Shown: positions 1-10,558, counted from the stretch's first letter. The stretch is 64,000 nt of DNA from a candidate division FCPU426 bacterium (GCA_963771075.1 CAVYSE010000007.1:230295-294294); one strand, 5' to 3'. Made by a program: numbers and translations. The notes: a model not told the origin generated them from the sequence alone.

Positions 1-2811
1 GAGAACATCCAAGGCGCCCTGTTTGAAGGCCCCTCTGAGCGAGATTCGGATGTGGGATTTCCTAGACAACGAATCACTAAGCTGAAACAAAAAAGCGGAT
101 TGATTAAAACGGTCGGCTTGTCTTTAAGCTTTTTCCAAGAGGGCGGGGAGAAACAGGGCCTGGGTGTGGTTATGGACTTTACCCAGTTCAAAATGGCCCA
201 GGAGGAATTGAGAACCAGCCAGGACCGTCTTCGCGCCATCGTTCATTCCGCCCCGATCATTATTTTTGTTTTGGATGCCAACGGCAATTTCACCTTTTCC
301 GATGGGAGTGGCTTGAAAAAGCTGAATTTGCAGCCAGGTCAAGTCGTTGGACAATCCGCACTGGAAATGTATCGCGAATATCCGAATTTGATCCAAAGCA
401 TCCGGCGAGCGCTCAAAGGTGAGAGTTTTGTCTCCACGGAAAACCTGGGAGACCTTTGGTTTCAGACCCAGTACAATCCGATTATTGATACCAAAGGAAA
501 AATAACCGGTGTTACGGGAGTATCGGTGGATGTTACCGAACACCAAAAAATGGAGTTAGCTCTCCGTCAAAGCGTGGAGTTCGAGAAGCTGATTACAAAT
601 CTTTCTTCCCAATTCATAAACCTTCCCTGGGAACGAATCGACGATGGAATTCAAAATAGTTTAAGCTCCATTTCCCGATTTATAGGCGCGGACCGTTCCA
701 TGTTATTCCACACCAAAGGCGATCGTGTGGATTCCCCTTCATTTATTTGGTCCTCCTCCCCTGAAACGGCAGGGGCGGTCTGGGACGCCAATACCTTTTT
801 GTCCGACTTTCCATGGTTCTCGGAGAAGATTCACCGACATGAGATTATTTATATCGAACAACCCGATCTTTTGCCGCCTCAGGCGGGGCCGGAACGAAGA
901 TTCATGATCCGCAGGGGAGTGATTTCCCTCGTCGTGATTCCCATTATCGCGGGTGGACACTTGTTGGGCCTTTTATCTTTTTCCACGACCCGGATCCTTA
1001 AGCGGTGGACGGAGGAGGATATCAATCTTTTCAAGATTACCGGAGAAATGTTGACCAGTGCCTTGGAGAGAAAGAATGCCGAATTAACCATCCGGGGAAG
1101 TGAAGAAAAATTCCGCGAATTGTTCAACAACGCGAATGACGCAATTTTCCTTTTTACCATTTCTTCCGAAGGAGAACCGGGCAAGTATGTTGAAGTCAAT
1201 GATCTGGCCTGCCTCAAAACGGGTTTTGCCCGTGAAGAACTTCTCCAAATGACACCCTTTGATTTGGCGATTCCTGAAGATATGAATGAAATGCCTAAAC
1301 TATTCAAAAGACTAGTGGATCAGGGACACGTCACTTACGAGAAAGCCCACCTCTCCAAGGAAAACCACAAGGTTCCTTTTGAAGTGAACTCCCACCTTTT
1401 CAATTGGAACGGCCAAAAGATGGCTCAATCCATCGCCCGGGATGTTTCCGACCGAAAGAAGGCGGAAGAAACGATCCGACGTCAGGCTTATTACGACGTC
1501 CTGACGGGTCTTCCCAACCGCACTTTGTTTAAGGACCGCCTGGAACAGGCTATGAAAACAGCACATAGAAACCGACAGTCTCTTTGCGTAATGGTGTTAG
1601 ACCTGGACCGGTTTAAAACCATCAACGAGACTTTGGGACATCATATCGGGGACAAATTACTCATGAGTGTCTCGGACCGCCTTTTGAGTATCCTGGCGGA
1701 CAATGGCACCATCGCCCGTTTTGGAGGGGACGAGTTTACGCTTCTCCTGCCCCTAGTCGGTAAGCAGGAAGAAGCCACTCAACAGGCCCAACGAATCATC
1801 GAGACATTGGCCACTCCCTTTAACCTAAATGGTCACGACTTGCACGTGACCACCAGTATTGGGATCGCCTTTTTCCCAACCGATGGGGAGAATCCCGAAG
1901 TCCTTCTTAAAAACGCCGAAACTGCCATGTATCGTGCCAAGGAACAGGGAAGAAATAATTTTCAACTCTATGCTTCGGTGATGAATGTCAGCGCATTCAA
2001 GCAATTGCTTATGGAAAATAGCCTGCGCCGCGCTCTGGAAAAAGAAGAGTTTGTTGTTTATTTGCAACCCCAAATCGATCTCGCGACACGCCATATGATT
2101 GGCGCGGAAGCGCTGGTGCGCTGGCAACATCCTGATTTGGGTTTGGTTTTCCCGACGGAGTTTATTGGCCTAGCCGAGGAAACCGGTTTAATTGTTCCAA
2201 TCGGGGACTGGGTATTGGAAAGAGTCTGCAAACTGGGGAAACAATGGGAGGAAAAAGGTTTTGGGCGTATTTGCATTTCGGTCAATCTCTCCGCACGCCA
2301 GTTTCAACAGAAAAATCTGGTTACGAGGATAGCCCAAATATTGGAAAACACGGGGTTGGATCCAGAATCCCTTGGGTTGGAAATAACCGAAAGTATTGCG
2401 ATGAAAAACGCCGATTTCACCATATCCGCCATGAATGTTTTCAAAAATATGGGGATACATCTCTCCCTGGATGATTTCGGGACGGGTTATTCCTCGCTCA
2501 GCTACTTGAAACGGTTCCCCTTGGAAACACTCAAAATTGACCGTTCTTTTGTAAGGGACATTACCACCGACCCCAATGATGCCGCTATTGTCCATGCGGT
2601 CATTGCCTTGGCTCATTCTCTCAAGCTGAAGGTCGTGGCCGAAGGCGTGGAAACCGAAGGACAATTGAGTTTTTTGAAAACCCACGGTTGCGACCAGGTC
2701 CAGGGTTATTATTTCAGCCATCCGCTATCGGAGGAAAATTTCATTCAAGTCCTGAAAGAATTTCCGCCAGCCGTAAACCCCAAATCGCCGAATCGTCCCA
2801 AAACGATTTGA
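1..2811 (+). CDS. PAS/GAF/PAS-GGDEF-EAL diguanylate cyclase/phosphodiesterase, probably 5'-truncated by the window edge
   Basis: Frame is open from base 1; PAS/PAC segments, GAF-like segment, YYDVLTGLPNR, ARFGGDEF, AEALVRW, LDDFGTGYSSLSYL motifs. Confidence 0.93.
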   Translation, partial: ENIQGALFEGPSERDSDVGFPRQRITKLKQKSGLIKTVGLSLSFFQEGGEKQGLGVVMDFTQFKMAQEELRTSQDRLRAIVHSAPIIIFVLDANGNFTFSDGSGLKKLNLQPGQVVGQSALEMYREYPNLIQSIRRALKGESFVSTENLGDLWFQTQYNPIIDTKGKITGVTGVSVDVTEHQKMELALRQSVEFEKLITNLSSQFINLPWERIDDGIQNSLSSISRFIGADRSMLFHTKGDRVDSPSFIWSSSPETAGAVWDANTFLSDFPWFSEKIHRHEIIYIEQPDLLPPQAGPERRFMIRRGVISLVVIPIIAGGHLLGLLSFSTTRILKRWTEEDINLFKITGEMLTSALERKNAELTIRGSEEKFRELFNNANDAIFLFTISSEGEPGKYVEVNDLACLKTGFAREELLQMTPFDLAIPEDMNEMPKLFKRLVDQGHVTYEKAHLSKENHKVPFEVNSHLFNWNGQKMAQSIARDVSDRKKAEETIRRQAYYDVLTGLPNRTLFKDRLEQAMKTAHRNRQSLCVMVLDLDRFKTINETLGHHIGDKLLMSVSDRLLSILADNGTIARFGGDEFTLLLPLVGKQEEATQQAQRIIETLATPFNLNGHDLHVTTSIGIAFFPTDGENPEVLLKNAETAMYRAKEQGRNNFQLYASVMNVSAFKQLLMENSLRRALEKEEFVVYLQPQIDLATRHMIGAEALVRWQHPDLGLVFPTEFIGLAEETGLIVPIGDWVLERVCKLGKQWEEKGFGRICISVNLSARQFQQKNLVTRIAQILENTGLDPESLGLEITESIAMKNADFTISAMNVFKNMGIHLSLDDFGTGYSSLSYLKRFPLETLKIDRSFVRDITTDPNDAAIVHAVIALAHSLKLKVVAEGVETEGQLSFLKTHGCDQVQGYYFSHPLSEENFIQVLKEFPPAVNPKSPNRPKTI

Positions 2812-2901
2812 ATTTGGAATCGCGTAAAATCAACCTCTTTTACCCCGTTTGTTGACCGTCCGATACCTACCTAGATCCACTGACTTCGTTATAATTCAAC
2901 C

Positions 2902-4842
2902 ATGAAATCGGACCTTCCTTTTAATTTACCCGATCCCAATGCCATATCCCAAAAGCTTCAACGACCTCGCCCTTGGTTGTATGTCCTGTTTGCCTGTTTT
3001 TGTCTTCTCACCCTATACGGGACACGCCTCATAAATGATTCGGATTTGGGATTTCATTTAAAAAGCGGGCAGTGGATATTGGAAAACCATTGGGTACCGG
3101 AAAATAACACATTTACCTTCACCGTTCCGGACCATACCTACCTTGACATCGAGTGGTTATACCAGGTTCAACTTTATTTGGTTTATCTTTTGGGGAGCTA
3201 CAAGCTGATATCCCTGCTCCATATCGGGTTCATTCTGGCCGCTTTTTTAATCCTTTTTAAAAGATTGAAGATGACCGGAGCGTCATTCGGAATATGCGTC
3301 GCCCTTTTGGTAATTGCAGTTATGGCTTCCGAAACGCGATGCCGAGTTCGGCCGGAGGTGCTTAGCTGGGTGCTATTGGGAATGACCCTATGGGTATTGG
3401 ATGAAAGGATGAGCGGGGGGAAGGATCGGCTTTTTTGGTTGCCTTTGATTCAATGGGTTTGGGTCAACACCGAAGGGCTGTTCCCGTTGGGACCGGGATT
3501 GATGGCGGTTTTCTGGGGTTCCAGCTTGGTCCATAATAAAAAAAATGACCAAAAGCTTTTGAAATACCTGGGTTGGTCAATGGCCGCTTGCCTTGCCAAC
3601 CCCTATTTCATACGAGGTTTCTTATTCCCCTTGACTTTATTGGAAAAAATGAGGTTTACGAGTTCCAATATTTTCAAATATACCGTCAGCGAATTTAATC
3701 CGCCTTGGTCCCTTTCCTACCCTGGCCAATGGTTTCCTCCCACTTATCTTGTAATGTATAAGGTTTTTTGTTTTTTTCTTTTAGCGGTCCTTCTTTTGAC
3801 CCATCGGAAACGAAAATTCCACGAATGGACACTTTCGATCATCTTTTTCCTTTTATCCGTTTCTGCCATGCGCAACATATCCCTCTTTGTATTGGTTTGT
3901 GCGCCGATCGCGGCTTCCGGCTGCGCCAACCTTTACTCGGGAAAAATTATAAAATTCAGTGAATCCTGGTGGGGAAAAGTGGCCGTACCCAGTTTAATCC
4001 TGTTGATGCTCCTGGGCTTTTCTCTCCGGGTCGTGACCAATGCCCACTATATCTCGGACCAATTAAACGACCGCTTTGGTTTGGGCCTGGATAGGGCATC
4101 GCGTCCGGATCAAGCCTGCGAATTCCTGATCCGCAATCAACTAAACGGGAAGATTCTGAATACCTTAGATGAGGGGGATTGGCTGGATTGGAGAGGCCCC
4201 CAAAAGTCCTTCATCGATGGGCGGTTGGAAGCCATGGGGGAGAATTTTTTTACGGAATATATAAAATCTTTAGACCCTGGAGGGCTCCCGCGATTGGTCC
4301 AAAAGTACAAACCCGATATCCTATTGTTCAATCCGCTCCACGCACAGCAATGGGTTCTTGAACTTCGATCGATGTTGGAATGGCGCATGGTTTATGCCGA
4401 TGGACAGGCTGCCATTTACCTTCGGAAGGGTTATGGGGACCCAATCCCCGATTTGGATTATGCTTCTTTGCTGTCAAACAACGGCATCGACCGGTCCATC
4501 TTGGGGGATATGCCCGGTATCTTGAAAATATCTCCCGCTCCCGCCTGGCTTTTGTTTCTAGGCGATTTTATCCAGACTTCCCATTACCCGGACGGTATCC
4601 AGAACCTGGGCGTTTTTTGCGCCCAAAGCGGCCATTATCAGGAGGCCGGTTGCTTTTTCCTGGAAACGATCAAGCTTACCCAAGGCCGGTATTTTGCCCC
4701 CTATTTCAACTTAGGGAGCCTTCTTTGTACATTAGACCCAAAATCCGAAGCGGGACTTTATTGTATGCGGAGGGTTTTGAGGGATCGACCGGATAACCGT
4801 TTCGCCCGGCAAATGGTGGAGGGCAATTCGAGTTTCCCTTGA
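2902..4842 (+). CDS. Polytopic membrane protein (GT-C glycosyltransferase-like) with C-terminal TPR-like region
   Basis: About 11-12 hydrophobic segments; DSDLGFHLKSG first loop, RVRPE, NPY, FIDGRLE motifs; TPR-like NLG..C / YFNLGSLL tail. Confidence 0.55.
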   Translation: MKSDLPFNLPDPNAISQKLQRPRPWLYVLFACFCLLTLYGTRLINDSDLGFHLKSGQWILENHWVPENNTFTFTVPDHTYLDIEWLYQVQLYLVYLLGSYKLISLLHIGFILAAFLILFKRLKMTGASFGICVALLVIAVMASETRCRVRPEVLSWVLLGMTLWVLDERMSGGKDRLFWLPLIQWVWVNTEGLFPLGPGLMAVFWGSSLVHNKKNDQKLLKYLGWSMAACLANPYFIRGFLFPLTLLEKMRFTSSNIFKYTVSEFNPPWSLSYPGQWFPPTYLVMYKVFCFFLLAVLLLTHRKRKFHEWTLSIIFFLLSVSAMRNISLFVLVCAPIAASGCANLYSGKIIKFSESWWGKVAVPSLILLMLLGFSLRVVTNAHYISDQLNDRFGLGLDRASRPDQACEFLIRNQLNGKILNTLDEGDWLDWRGPQKSFIDGRLEAMGENFFTEYIKSLDPGGLPRLVQKYKPDILLFNPLHAQQWVLELRSMLEWRMVYADGQAAIYLRKGYGDPIPDLDYASLLSNNGIDRSILGDMPGILKISPAPAWLLFLGDFIQTSHYPDGIQNLGVFCAQSGHYQEAGCFFLETIKLTQGRYFAPYFNLGSLLCTLDPKSEAGLYCMRRVLRDRPDNRFARQMVEGNSSFP

Positions 4843-5304
4843 TCAGATTCTTTTGCGGTTTTTCAAGGCGCGCTCGACATCCCTCTCGGCCTCTTTTTCC
4901 CTCAGCTTATGGCGTTTATCCACCACGTTTTTCCCTTTGGCCAGGGCCAACTGCACCTTGACCTTGCCTCCCTTGAAATACAGCTTTAGGGGAATCAGGG
5001 TCAGCCCCTTCTCGTGTATCCGGGCGGCGAAACGCTTGATCTGTTCCCGGTTTAGGAGCAGTTTGCGGATTCGAGTGGGGTCCGGGTTGTATCGGTTGCC
5101 TTGGGCGTAAGGCGAGATGTGCATGCCGTAAAGGAAAATCTCGTCCTTTTCCACACGGGCGAAACTATCCTGAAGGTTTGCTTTTCCAAGTCGGATTGAC
5201 TTCACCTCGCAACCAGCCAGGGCAATACCTGCTTCCAGGCTTTCCATCACGAAGTAATCGAAATGGGCCTTACGATTAAGGAGGGAAGGAGCACGCTCAG
5301 GCAC
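4843..5304 (-). CDS. smpB: SsrA-binding protein SmpB
   Basis: NRKAHFDY, EAGIALAGCEVKSIR, RIRKLLL, LAKGK motifs; 153 aa; directly after rnr. Confidence 0.97.
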   Translation of the reverse strand: MPERAPSLLNRKAHFDYFVMESLEAGIALAGCEVKSIRLGKANLQDSFARVEKDEIFLYGMHISPYAQGNRYNPDPTRIRKLLLNREQIKRFAARIHEKGLTLIPLKLYFKGGKVKVQLALAKGKNVVDKRHKLREKEAERDVERALKNRKRI

Positions 5305-7723
5305 GGCTAGGCTCCAGAATCATCCGCTGGAAGATGCGGTCAATGCTGTTGATCTTGACGATCATGCTGTCACCCAGACGTAAATGCGATCCGTTTTGGG
5401 TGGAAAGACAAAGGCCTTGGGCGTCGAAACGGTATCCATCCCCTAGCTTTTCCAAGAGCAAAAAGCCCTCGACGCCGAAAGGTTGAATTTCCAGATAAGC
5501 CCCGTAGGCCGTCACATGGCGGAAAACGCCAGTAAAAGTAAGTCCCACTTTATCTTCCATGAATCGTAATTGAAGCAGTTTCTGGCATTCGCGTTCCGCC
5601 TTTTCCGCCGCCCTTTCCTGCAGGCTGCAGTGGGAAGCCTGCAAGAGCATCCCCTCGGCCTTCGCCATTCCGCCCGGATCATTCAAGGCCTTTTTGAGGG
5701 ACCGGTGCACGACCAAGTCAGGATAACGACGGATGGGAGAGGTGAAATGGCAGTAGGAATCGAGACCCAGGCCGAAATGGCCCAGGTTTTGTGTGGAATA
5801 AACCGCTAATTTAAGCGACCGGAGGGAAAGGGTGGAGACCACCGGTTCCAAGGGCTCCCCCTTCACGGAGGTCAAGAGGTCTTGAAATCCCTTGGGGGTC
5901 GAGAGGTCCAAATGCTTGTGGGGAATGTGGTAAGCCTTTAAAAAGGCGACCAGTTCCTCCAGGTCCATCGGCGAGGGGGGCTCGTGGATCCGATACATGG
6001 CGGGTATTTTCTTTTCCCACAAAAAGGTAGCCACCGCCTCGTTGGCGGAGACCATGAAGTCCTCGATCATCTTGTGGGTCTCCAGCCTTTCCAGCCGGAT
6101 CACCCCGGCAACTCGGCCTTCGGCGTCCATGACTGCTTTTACCTCAGGAAAGTTAAAGTCCAATGCGCCCTTATGACTGCGCTGCTTGCGGATCAAACGG
6201 GAAAGATCACGCATCTCAAAGAGCATGGGATTCAAATGGGAGTATTTTTTTTCGATTTCGGGGGAAGCGGATCCGTCCAAGACCATTTGCACTTCTTTAT
6301 AGATGCCCCTTCGGGAGCTTTGGATGACGCTTGGCGCGAAGTGGGTCTTGATGACTTGTCCTTGGGAGTCGTATTCCATGAAAGCGCTGAGGGTCAGGCG
6401 GGGAACGGCCTCCCGCAAGGAACAGAGGCCGTCCGATAGGCCGTGGGGAAGCATGGGCAAAACTCGGTCGGCCAGGTAAAGGCTGGTGGCGCGGGATCGG
6501 GCTTCCTTATCCAGGGGGCTATCCGGCGTGACGTAATGGGAAACGTCGGCGATGTGGACACCAAGCCTCCAATGTCCGGTTTGGGTTTTTTCAAGAGAAA
6601 TGGCGTCATCGAAATCCTTTGCATCGGCCCCATCGATGGTCAGCAGGGGCAATCGACGCAGGTCCAAGCGTCCCTGGTAGTCCCTTTCCTCCGGGTCCGC
6701 CGGAAAGCGGTGGGCTTCGGTTTCGACTGTTTTGGGGAAATGATCAGGCCATTGGTGTTTGCGTATCACCGACTTGATCTCGACCCCCGGATCGCTGGCG
6801 AAACCCAGAATCTCGATAATCTTGCCCCGGATCGCGTGTTGGGGGGGCCATTGCGTGATCTCCAGGAGCGCCTTTTGGCCGATCTCGGTTTTCATGGCGG
6901 TCGGTTCGATCGCGACCTCGGACGGGAGTTTTTGGTCGTCGGGCTTCAGGATCAACCGGCCATTTGATTTTGATAGGAGGCCAACCACAGTCCGGTTCTT
7001 GCGTTCGACCATCTCAATGAAACGCGCGTTGAATCGCTCCGGTTTACGGGGGTCGGGGAAGATCTCCGCACGGACCTTATCGCCGTTGAGGATGTTCCGC
7101 ATCTCATTCGGCGGAAGAAAGGCGTCCGGGGAGCCATCTTCGGGGACGAAGAAACCAAAACCTTTTTCATGGGCCTGGACCGTACCGACCATCCCTCGTC
7201 CTCCCTTGGTTTGAGTTGGACGGGGATGACCGGGGGTGGAATGGGGGATGTTTTTTTTCGAAGAATTTTGACCCGAAAGGCCTTTGAAACCAGGGGAAGG
7301 GAAGCGGTTGGGTGAAGGAATGATCTTTCCCCTGCCGTCGCGTCCAAAATGCTTTTTGGGGCGCCTGCCTTTTGATGGGTGGTGGTCCCCATTCCCGCCT
7401 TTAGTGGCTGGAGTGTCGGTAGAGTATGATCCCGTGGGGGTTTTCCATCGGGCTTCTTCCGGTTGCGACTTGGTATTCTTCCCAAAAGACGAGAAAAAAC
7501 GTTTCAGGGCTCCCTCTTTTTTGGGGACGGTATCTTTGCTGTGCGGGTTTTGGACCGCGTGAGGCCTGGTGGTCTTGTAAGAATGGGGGGGTTGAGGGTC
7601 TTTGTAATGCCGTTTGTGTTTGTTTTCCGAAAAATGATGTTGATGCTTTTTTTTTGCCAACTGTTTTTCCTTTTTAGATTGCGCAACCAATGGAGAAATT
7701 CGGGAGAAGTGAGGAAGGTTCAA
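5297..7723 (-). CDS. rnr: Ribonuclease R (start uncertain; long basic N-terminal extension)
   Basis: HEKGFGFF cold-shock domain, TIDGADAKDFDDAIS catalytic motif, HFTSPIRRYPDL, C-terminal S1; rnr-smpB order. Confidence 0.93.
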   Translation of the reverse strand: MNLPHFSRISPLVAQSKKEKQLAKKKHQHHFSENKHKRHYKDPQPPHSYKTTRPHAVQNPHSKDTVPKKEGALKRFFSSFGKNTKSQPEEARWKTPTGSYSTDTPATKGGNGDHHPSKGRRPKKHFGRDGRGKIIPSPNRFPSPGFKGLSGQNSSKKNIPHSTPGHPRPTQTKGGRGMVGTVQAHEKGFGFFVPEDGSPDAFLPPNEMRNILNGDKVRAEIFPDPRKPERFNARFIEMVERKNRTVVGLLSKSNGRLILKPDDQKLPSEVAIEPTAMKTEIGQKALLEITQWPPQHAIRGKIIEILGFASDPGVEIKSVIRKHQWPDHFPKTVETEAHRFPADPEERDYQGRLDLRRLPLLTIDGADAKDFDDAISLEKTQTGHWRLGVHIADVSHYVTPDSPLDKEARSRATSLYLADRVLPMLPHGLSDGLCSLREAVPRLTLSAFMEYDSQGQVIKTHFAPSVIQSSRRGIYKEVQMVLDGSASPEIEKKYSHLNPMLFEMRDLSRLIRKQRSHKGALDFNFPEVKAVMDAEGRVAGVIRLERLETHKMIEDFMVSANEAVATFLWEKKIPAMYRIHEPPSPMDLEELVAFLKAYHIPHKHLDLSTPKGFQDLLTSVKGEPLEPVVSTLSLRSLKLAVYSTQNLGHFGLGLDSYCHFTSPIRRYPDLVVHRSLKKALNDPGGMAKAEGMLLQASHCSLQERAAEKAERECQKLLQLRFMEDKVGLTFTGVFRHVTAYGAYLEIQPFGVEGFLLLEKLGDGYRFDAQGLCLSTQNGSHLRLGDSMIVKINSIDRIFQRMILEPSRA

Positions 7724-7782
7724 GAAGACTTGAATAAACGCTCGTAAGACTCAAAAGCCCCTAAATCGCGAATGACCATCGC

Positions 7783-7812
7783 TTGACAGTGATTTTAATA
7801 CTAATTTATACT
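7783..7812 (+). promoter_or_regulatory. sigma70-type promoter for the tRNA-Leu gene
   Basis: TTGACA (7783-7788), 18 nt spacer, TATACT (7807-7812), followed by GC-rich ACGCCCCC discriminator. Confidence 0.7.
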
Positions 7813-7870
7813 ACGCCCCCTCGTTAGACAAGTCCTTCTGGGTCGCCGCCTGATTTACTTCGGTTCACGT

Positions 7871-7957
7871 GCGGAAGTGGCGAAACTGGCAGACGCACTA
7901 GCTTCAGGTGCTAGCGGGGGCAACCTCATGGGGGTTCAACTCCCCCCTTCCGCACCA
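7871..7957 (+). tRNA. tRNA-Leu(CAG)
   Basis: Acceptor stem GCGGAAG/CTTCCGC, D-loop GG, anticodon arm CTAGC-TTCAGGT-GCTAG (CAG at 7905-7907), long variable arm, GGGGGTTCAACTCCCCC T-arm, encoded CCA. Confidence 0.97.
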
Positions 7958-7981
7958 CTTTTTTCTCCCGGGATCCCAACC

Positions 7982-10558
7982 ATGCCTAAAGCCGACCCAA
8001 CTTTCGAGGCCGGTCTATTCCAATTTCTACTCCCCAATGGCGCTCTCTTAATCGTGAAAGAAGTCCCGACCACCCCCGTGGTATCCCTCAATTTGTGGGT
8101 GGACGCAGGTTCGGTCGATGAGAAACCGGATGAGCGAGGGATGGCGCACCTCATCGAGCACATGATTTTCAAGGGAACGGCCAAGCGGGGCGTGGGCCAG
8201 ATCTCCCGGGAAGTCGAGGCCGCGGGAGGCTACCTGAACGCCTTCACGAGTTTTGAGCATACTTGTTTTTATGTCGTCCTTCCCGCCGACCAGGTCCGAA
8301 AGGCCATGGATGTGGAATTCGACGCCTTTTTCCATTCCACTTTCGACGCTGGGGAATTGGAAAAGGAAAAGGAGGTGGTGTTCGAGGAAATGCGCATGCG
8401 GCAGGACGATCCCTGGAGCTGGTCCTGGGAACTACTCTTTAAGAACCTGTTTAGGAAGAACCCTTACCATTGGCCCGTGATCGGGGATCCTAAGATCTTG
8501 AAATCGGTACCACGCGTAAAATTGCTCGCTTATTACCGCCGGCATTACACCCCTCGTAATACCGTCATCGTCATCGTGGGGAACGTGAATGCGAGAGAAA
8601 TTCGGGCCTGGGTCCAAATGGGATTCGGTACCGCCAAGTCCGGAAAGCCACCCAAAAGGATTTTCAGGGACGACACCGAACCTAAACAATTGAAAATCGT
8701 TGCTTCCCGTGGGGAGATTCGTCAAACCTATCTCTCGCTTGGTTTTCCCACCGTGAACCAGGACCATCCGGACGGCCCGGCCCTTGAAATATTGGATTCT
8801 GTTTTGGGTGACGGCCATGCCAGTCGGCTGAATCTCTCCATCAAGGAGCGTACCCGTTCCGCCGACGAGGTGGGAAGCGATCATTTCATGGGTAAGTTCG
8901 GCGGGGCCATTACGTTTCAGGGGCTCACGGATAAAATCCGGAGCGAACGTTTCCTCGAGGATCTCATGGAGGCGATCCGAACCCTCGTCGATCGGGGGGT
9001 GGGTCTGGATGAATTGCAAAAGGTCAAGACCAAGGTTCGCGCCTCCAAGATATTCGAGAAGCAAAACGTGGACGGGCAAGCTAAATCCCTTGGCTATTGG
9101 CAATTGGCGGGCGGTTTGTATAAAGAGGAGCAATACCTGAGCGCCCTGGAAAGGGTTACCTCCACCGACTTGCAGAAAGTGGCGAAGCAATATTTAAAGC
9201 CTTCCCGCGCGACTTTGGTGGTTTATCAACCCAAGGGCCAAACCTTCCCTTTGACTGAACCGGCCTGCCAAAAGCTGTTGGAAAACAGTTTGGGTTCGGA
9301 ACCCGTTAAGGTGAAAACAGGTGGAAATAATAAAGCTATCATTGAAAAAGTCGCGATGCCGGGCGGGTGCACTCTTTATATGAAACGCCGTCCGGAACTT
9401 CCCCTCGTTTCTTTGGGCGCTTTTTTCAAGGGTGGATTCGTTTCGGAAGGTGAGAAAAACCAGGGCCTCACCCATCTCATGACACGATGCCTTACCAAAG
9501 GAACTGATCAAAGGGACTTTGAGGAATTTAGTACCCGGATCGAAAGCCTGGCCGCCCATATCGACCCTTTCATGGAAAAGGATTACTGGGGCATCACCCT
9601 GGATTGCCTTGAAAACCGATTTTCCGAGTCTTTCCCTCTCATGATGGAAGCCCTTCTTCAGCCCGCCTTCTCAAGGGATGAAGTCGAGAAGGAAAAGAAA
9701 ATCCAGATGGCGGCCTTGAAAAGGCAAAAGGATGACCCGGGCGAGTTCGCCCTTTTGAAATCCGATCTTTTAACATTTAAGGGAAGCCCCTATGGGCACG
9801 AATCCATGGGCGACATGAAGACCATCCCGAAATTCAATAACCGGATCCTTCGCAGATGGCACCAGGGCTTTTTAAACCAAAACAACCTGACCTGGGTCGC
9901 GGTGGGTGATTTCAAGAAGGACGAATTGATTCGAACGTTGGCTGAACAAACCGCACGATTCCAAACGGTTCGCCCAAAAACTGCCAAAGCGGGTAAGGCG
10001 GCTTCCTGGGGTGGGGGTCACTTTCGGGAAGCCTTGAAAAGCCAGCAAAGCCACCTGGTCCTTGGAATGCGCGCTCCCAGCTACCTTTCCCCGGATTACA
10101 TCGCGTTCCGGGTTTTGAACACCCTGCTGGGTGGGATGGGCGGGGAGCTTTTTTCCGAGTTGAGGGATAAAAGAAGCCTGGCCTATAGCGTCCACGCTTC
10201 TCATGACGCGGCCCTTCGCGAGGGAATCTTCCAGATCTACATTGGCTGCGCGCCTGCCAAGGTGAAAGCCGCCAAGGAGGGCCTGCTTCAGGTGATCACG
10301 GATTTCGCCCATCAAACGCCCTCTCAGGTGGATCTGGATAGAGCCAAGACCTATCTCATCGGTCTTTATCAAATGAATCAGCAATCCAACCGTTCGCAAG
10401 TATATTCTTACGGACGGTACGCCCTTTCGTGTATGGCACTCCCGCTGATGGACCAGCTTCCCCAAAGGGTGAGGAGTGTGACATCAGCGCAAGTGCAAAC
10501 GGCCGCTAAAAAATATTTGCTGGATCCGCGTCAAACCTGGGTGGAAGTGGGGCCCTAA
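7982..10558 (+). CDS. M16-family zinc peptidase (pitrilysin/insulinase), two fused M16 halves
   Basis: GMAHLIEHMIFKGT (HxxEH), NAFTS, second inactive half with LFSELRDKRSLAY; start moved to ATG 7982 because the longer ORF overlaps the tRNA. Confidence 0.9.
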   Translation: MPKADPTFEAGLFQFLLPNGALLIVKEVPTTPVVSLNLWVDAGSVDEKPDERGMAHLIEHMIFKGTAKRGVGQISREVEAAGGYLNAFTSFEHTCFYVVLPADQVRKAMDVEFDAFFHSTFDAGELEKEKEVVFEEMRMRQDDPWSWSWELLFKNLFRKNPYHWPVIGDPKILKSVPRVKLLAYYRRHYTPRNTVIVIVGNVNAREIRAWVQMGFGTAKSGKPPKRIFRDDTEPKQLKIVASRGEIRQTYLSLGFPTVNQDHPDGPALEILDSVLGDGHASRLNLSIKERTRSADEVGSDHFMGKFGGAITFQGLTDKIRSERFLEDLMEAIRTLVDRGVGLDELQKVKTKVRASKIFEKQNVDGQAKSLGYWQLAGGLYKEEQYLSALERVTSTDLQKVAKQYLKPSRATLVVYQPKGQTFPLTEPACQKLLENSLGSEPVKVKTGGNNKAIIEKVAMPGGCTLYMKRRPELPLVSLGAFFKGGFVSEGEKNQGLTHLMTRCLTKGTDQRDFEEFSTRIESLAAHIDPFMEKDYWGITLDCLENRFSESFPLMMEALLQPAFSRDEVEKEKKIQMAALKRQKDDPGEFALLKSDLLTFKGSPYGHESMGDMKTIPKFNNRILRRWHQGFLNQNNLTWVAVGDFKKDELIRTLAEQTARFQTVRPKTAKAGKAASWGGGHFREALKSQQSHLVLGMRAPSYLSPDYIAFRVLNTLLGGMGGELFSELRDKRSLAYSVHASHDAALREGIFQIYIGCAPAKVKAAKEGLLQVITDFAHQTPSQVDLDRAKTYLIGLYQMNQQSNRSQVYSYGRYALSCMALPLMDQLPQRVRSVTSAQVQTAAKKYLLDPRQTWVEVGP

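Noticed and set aside
7901..7910. TTCA in the anticodon loop suggesting tRNA-Sec or a UGA suppressor
   Set aside because: Stem register places CAG at the anticodon; 7-bp acceptor stem and overall sequence match tRNA-Leu
7877..7981. Extended N-terminus of the M16 peptidase in the ORF track
   Set aside because: Overlaps the tRNA-Leu gene; ATG 7982 fits the family start
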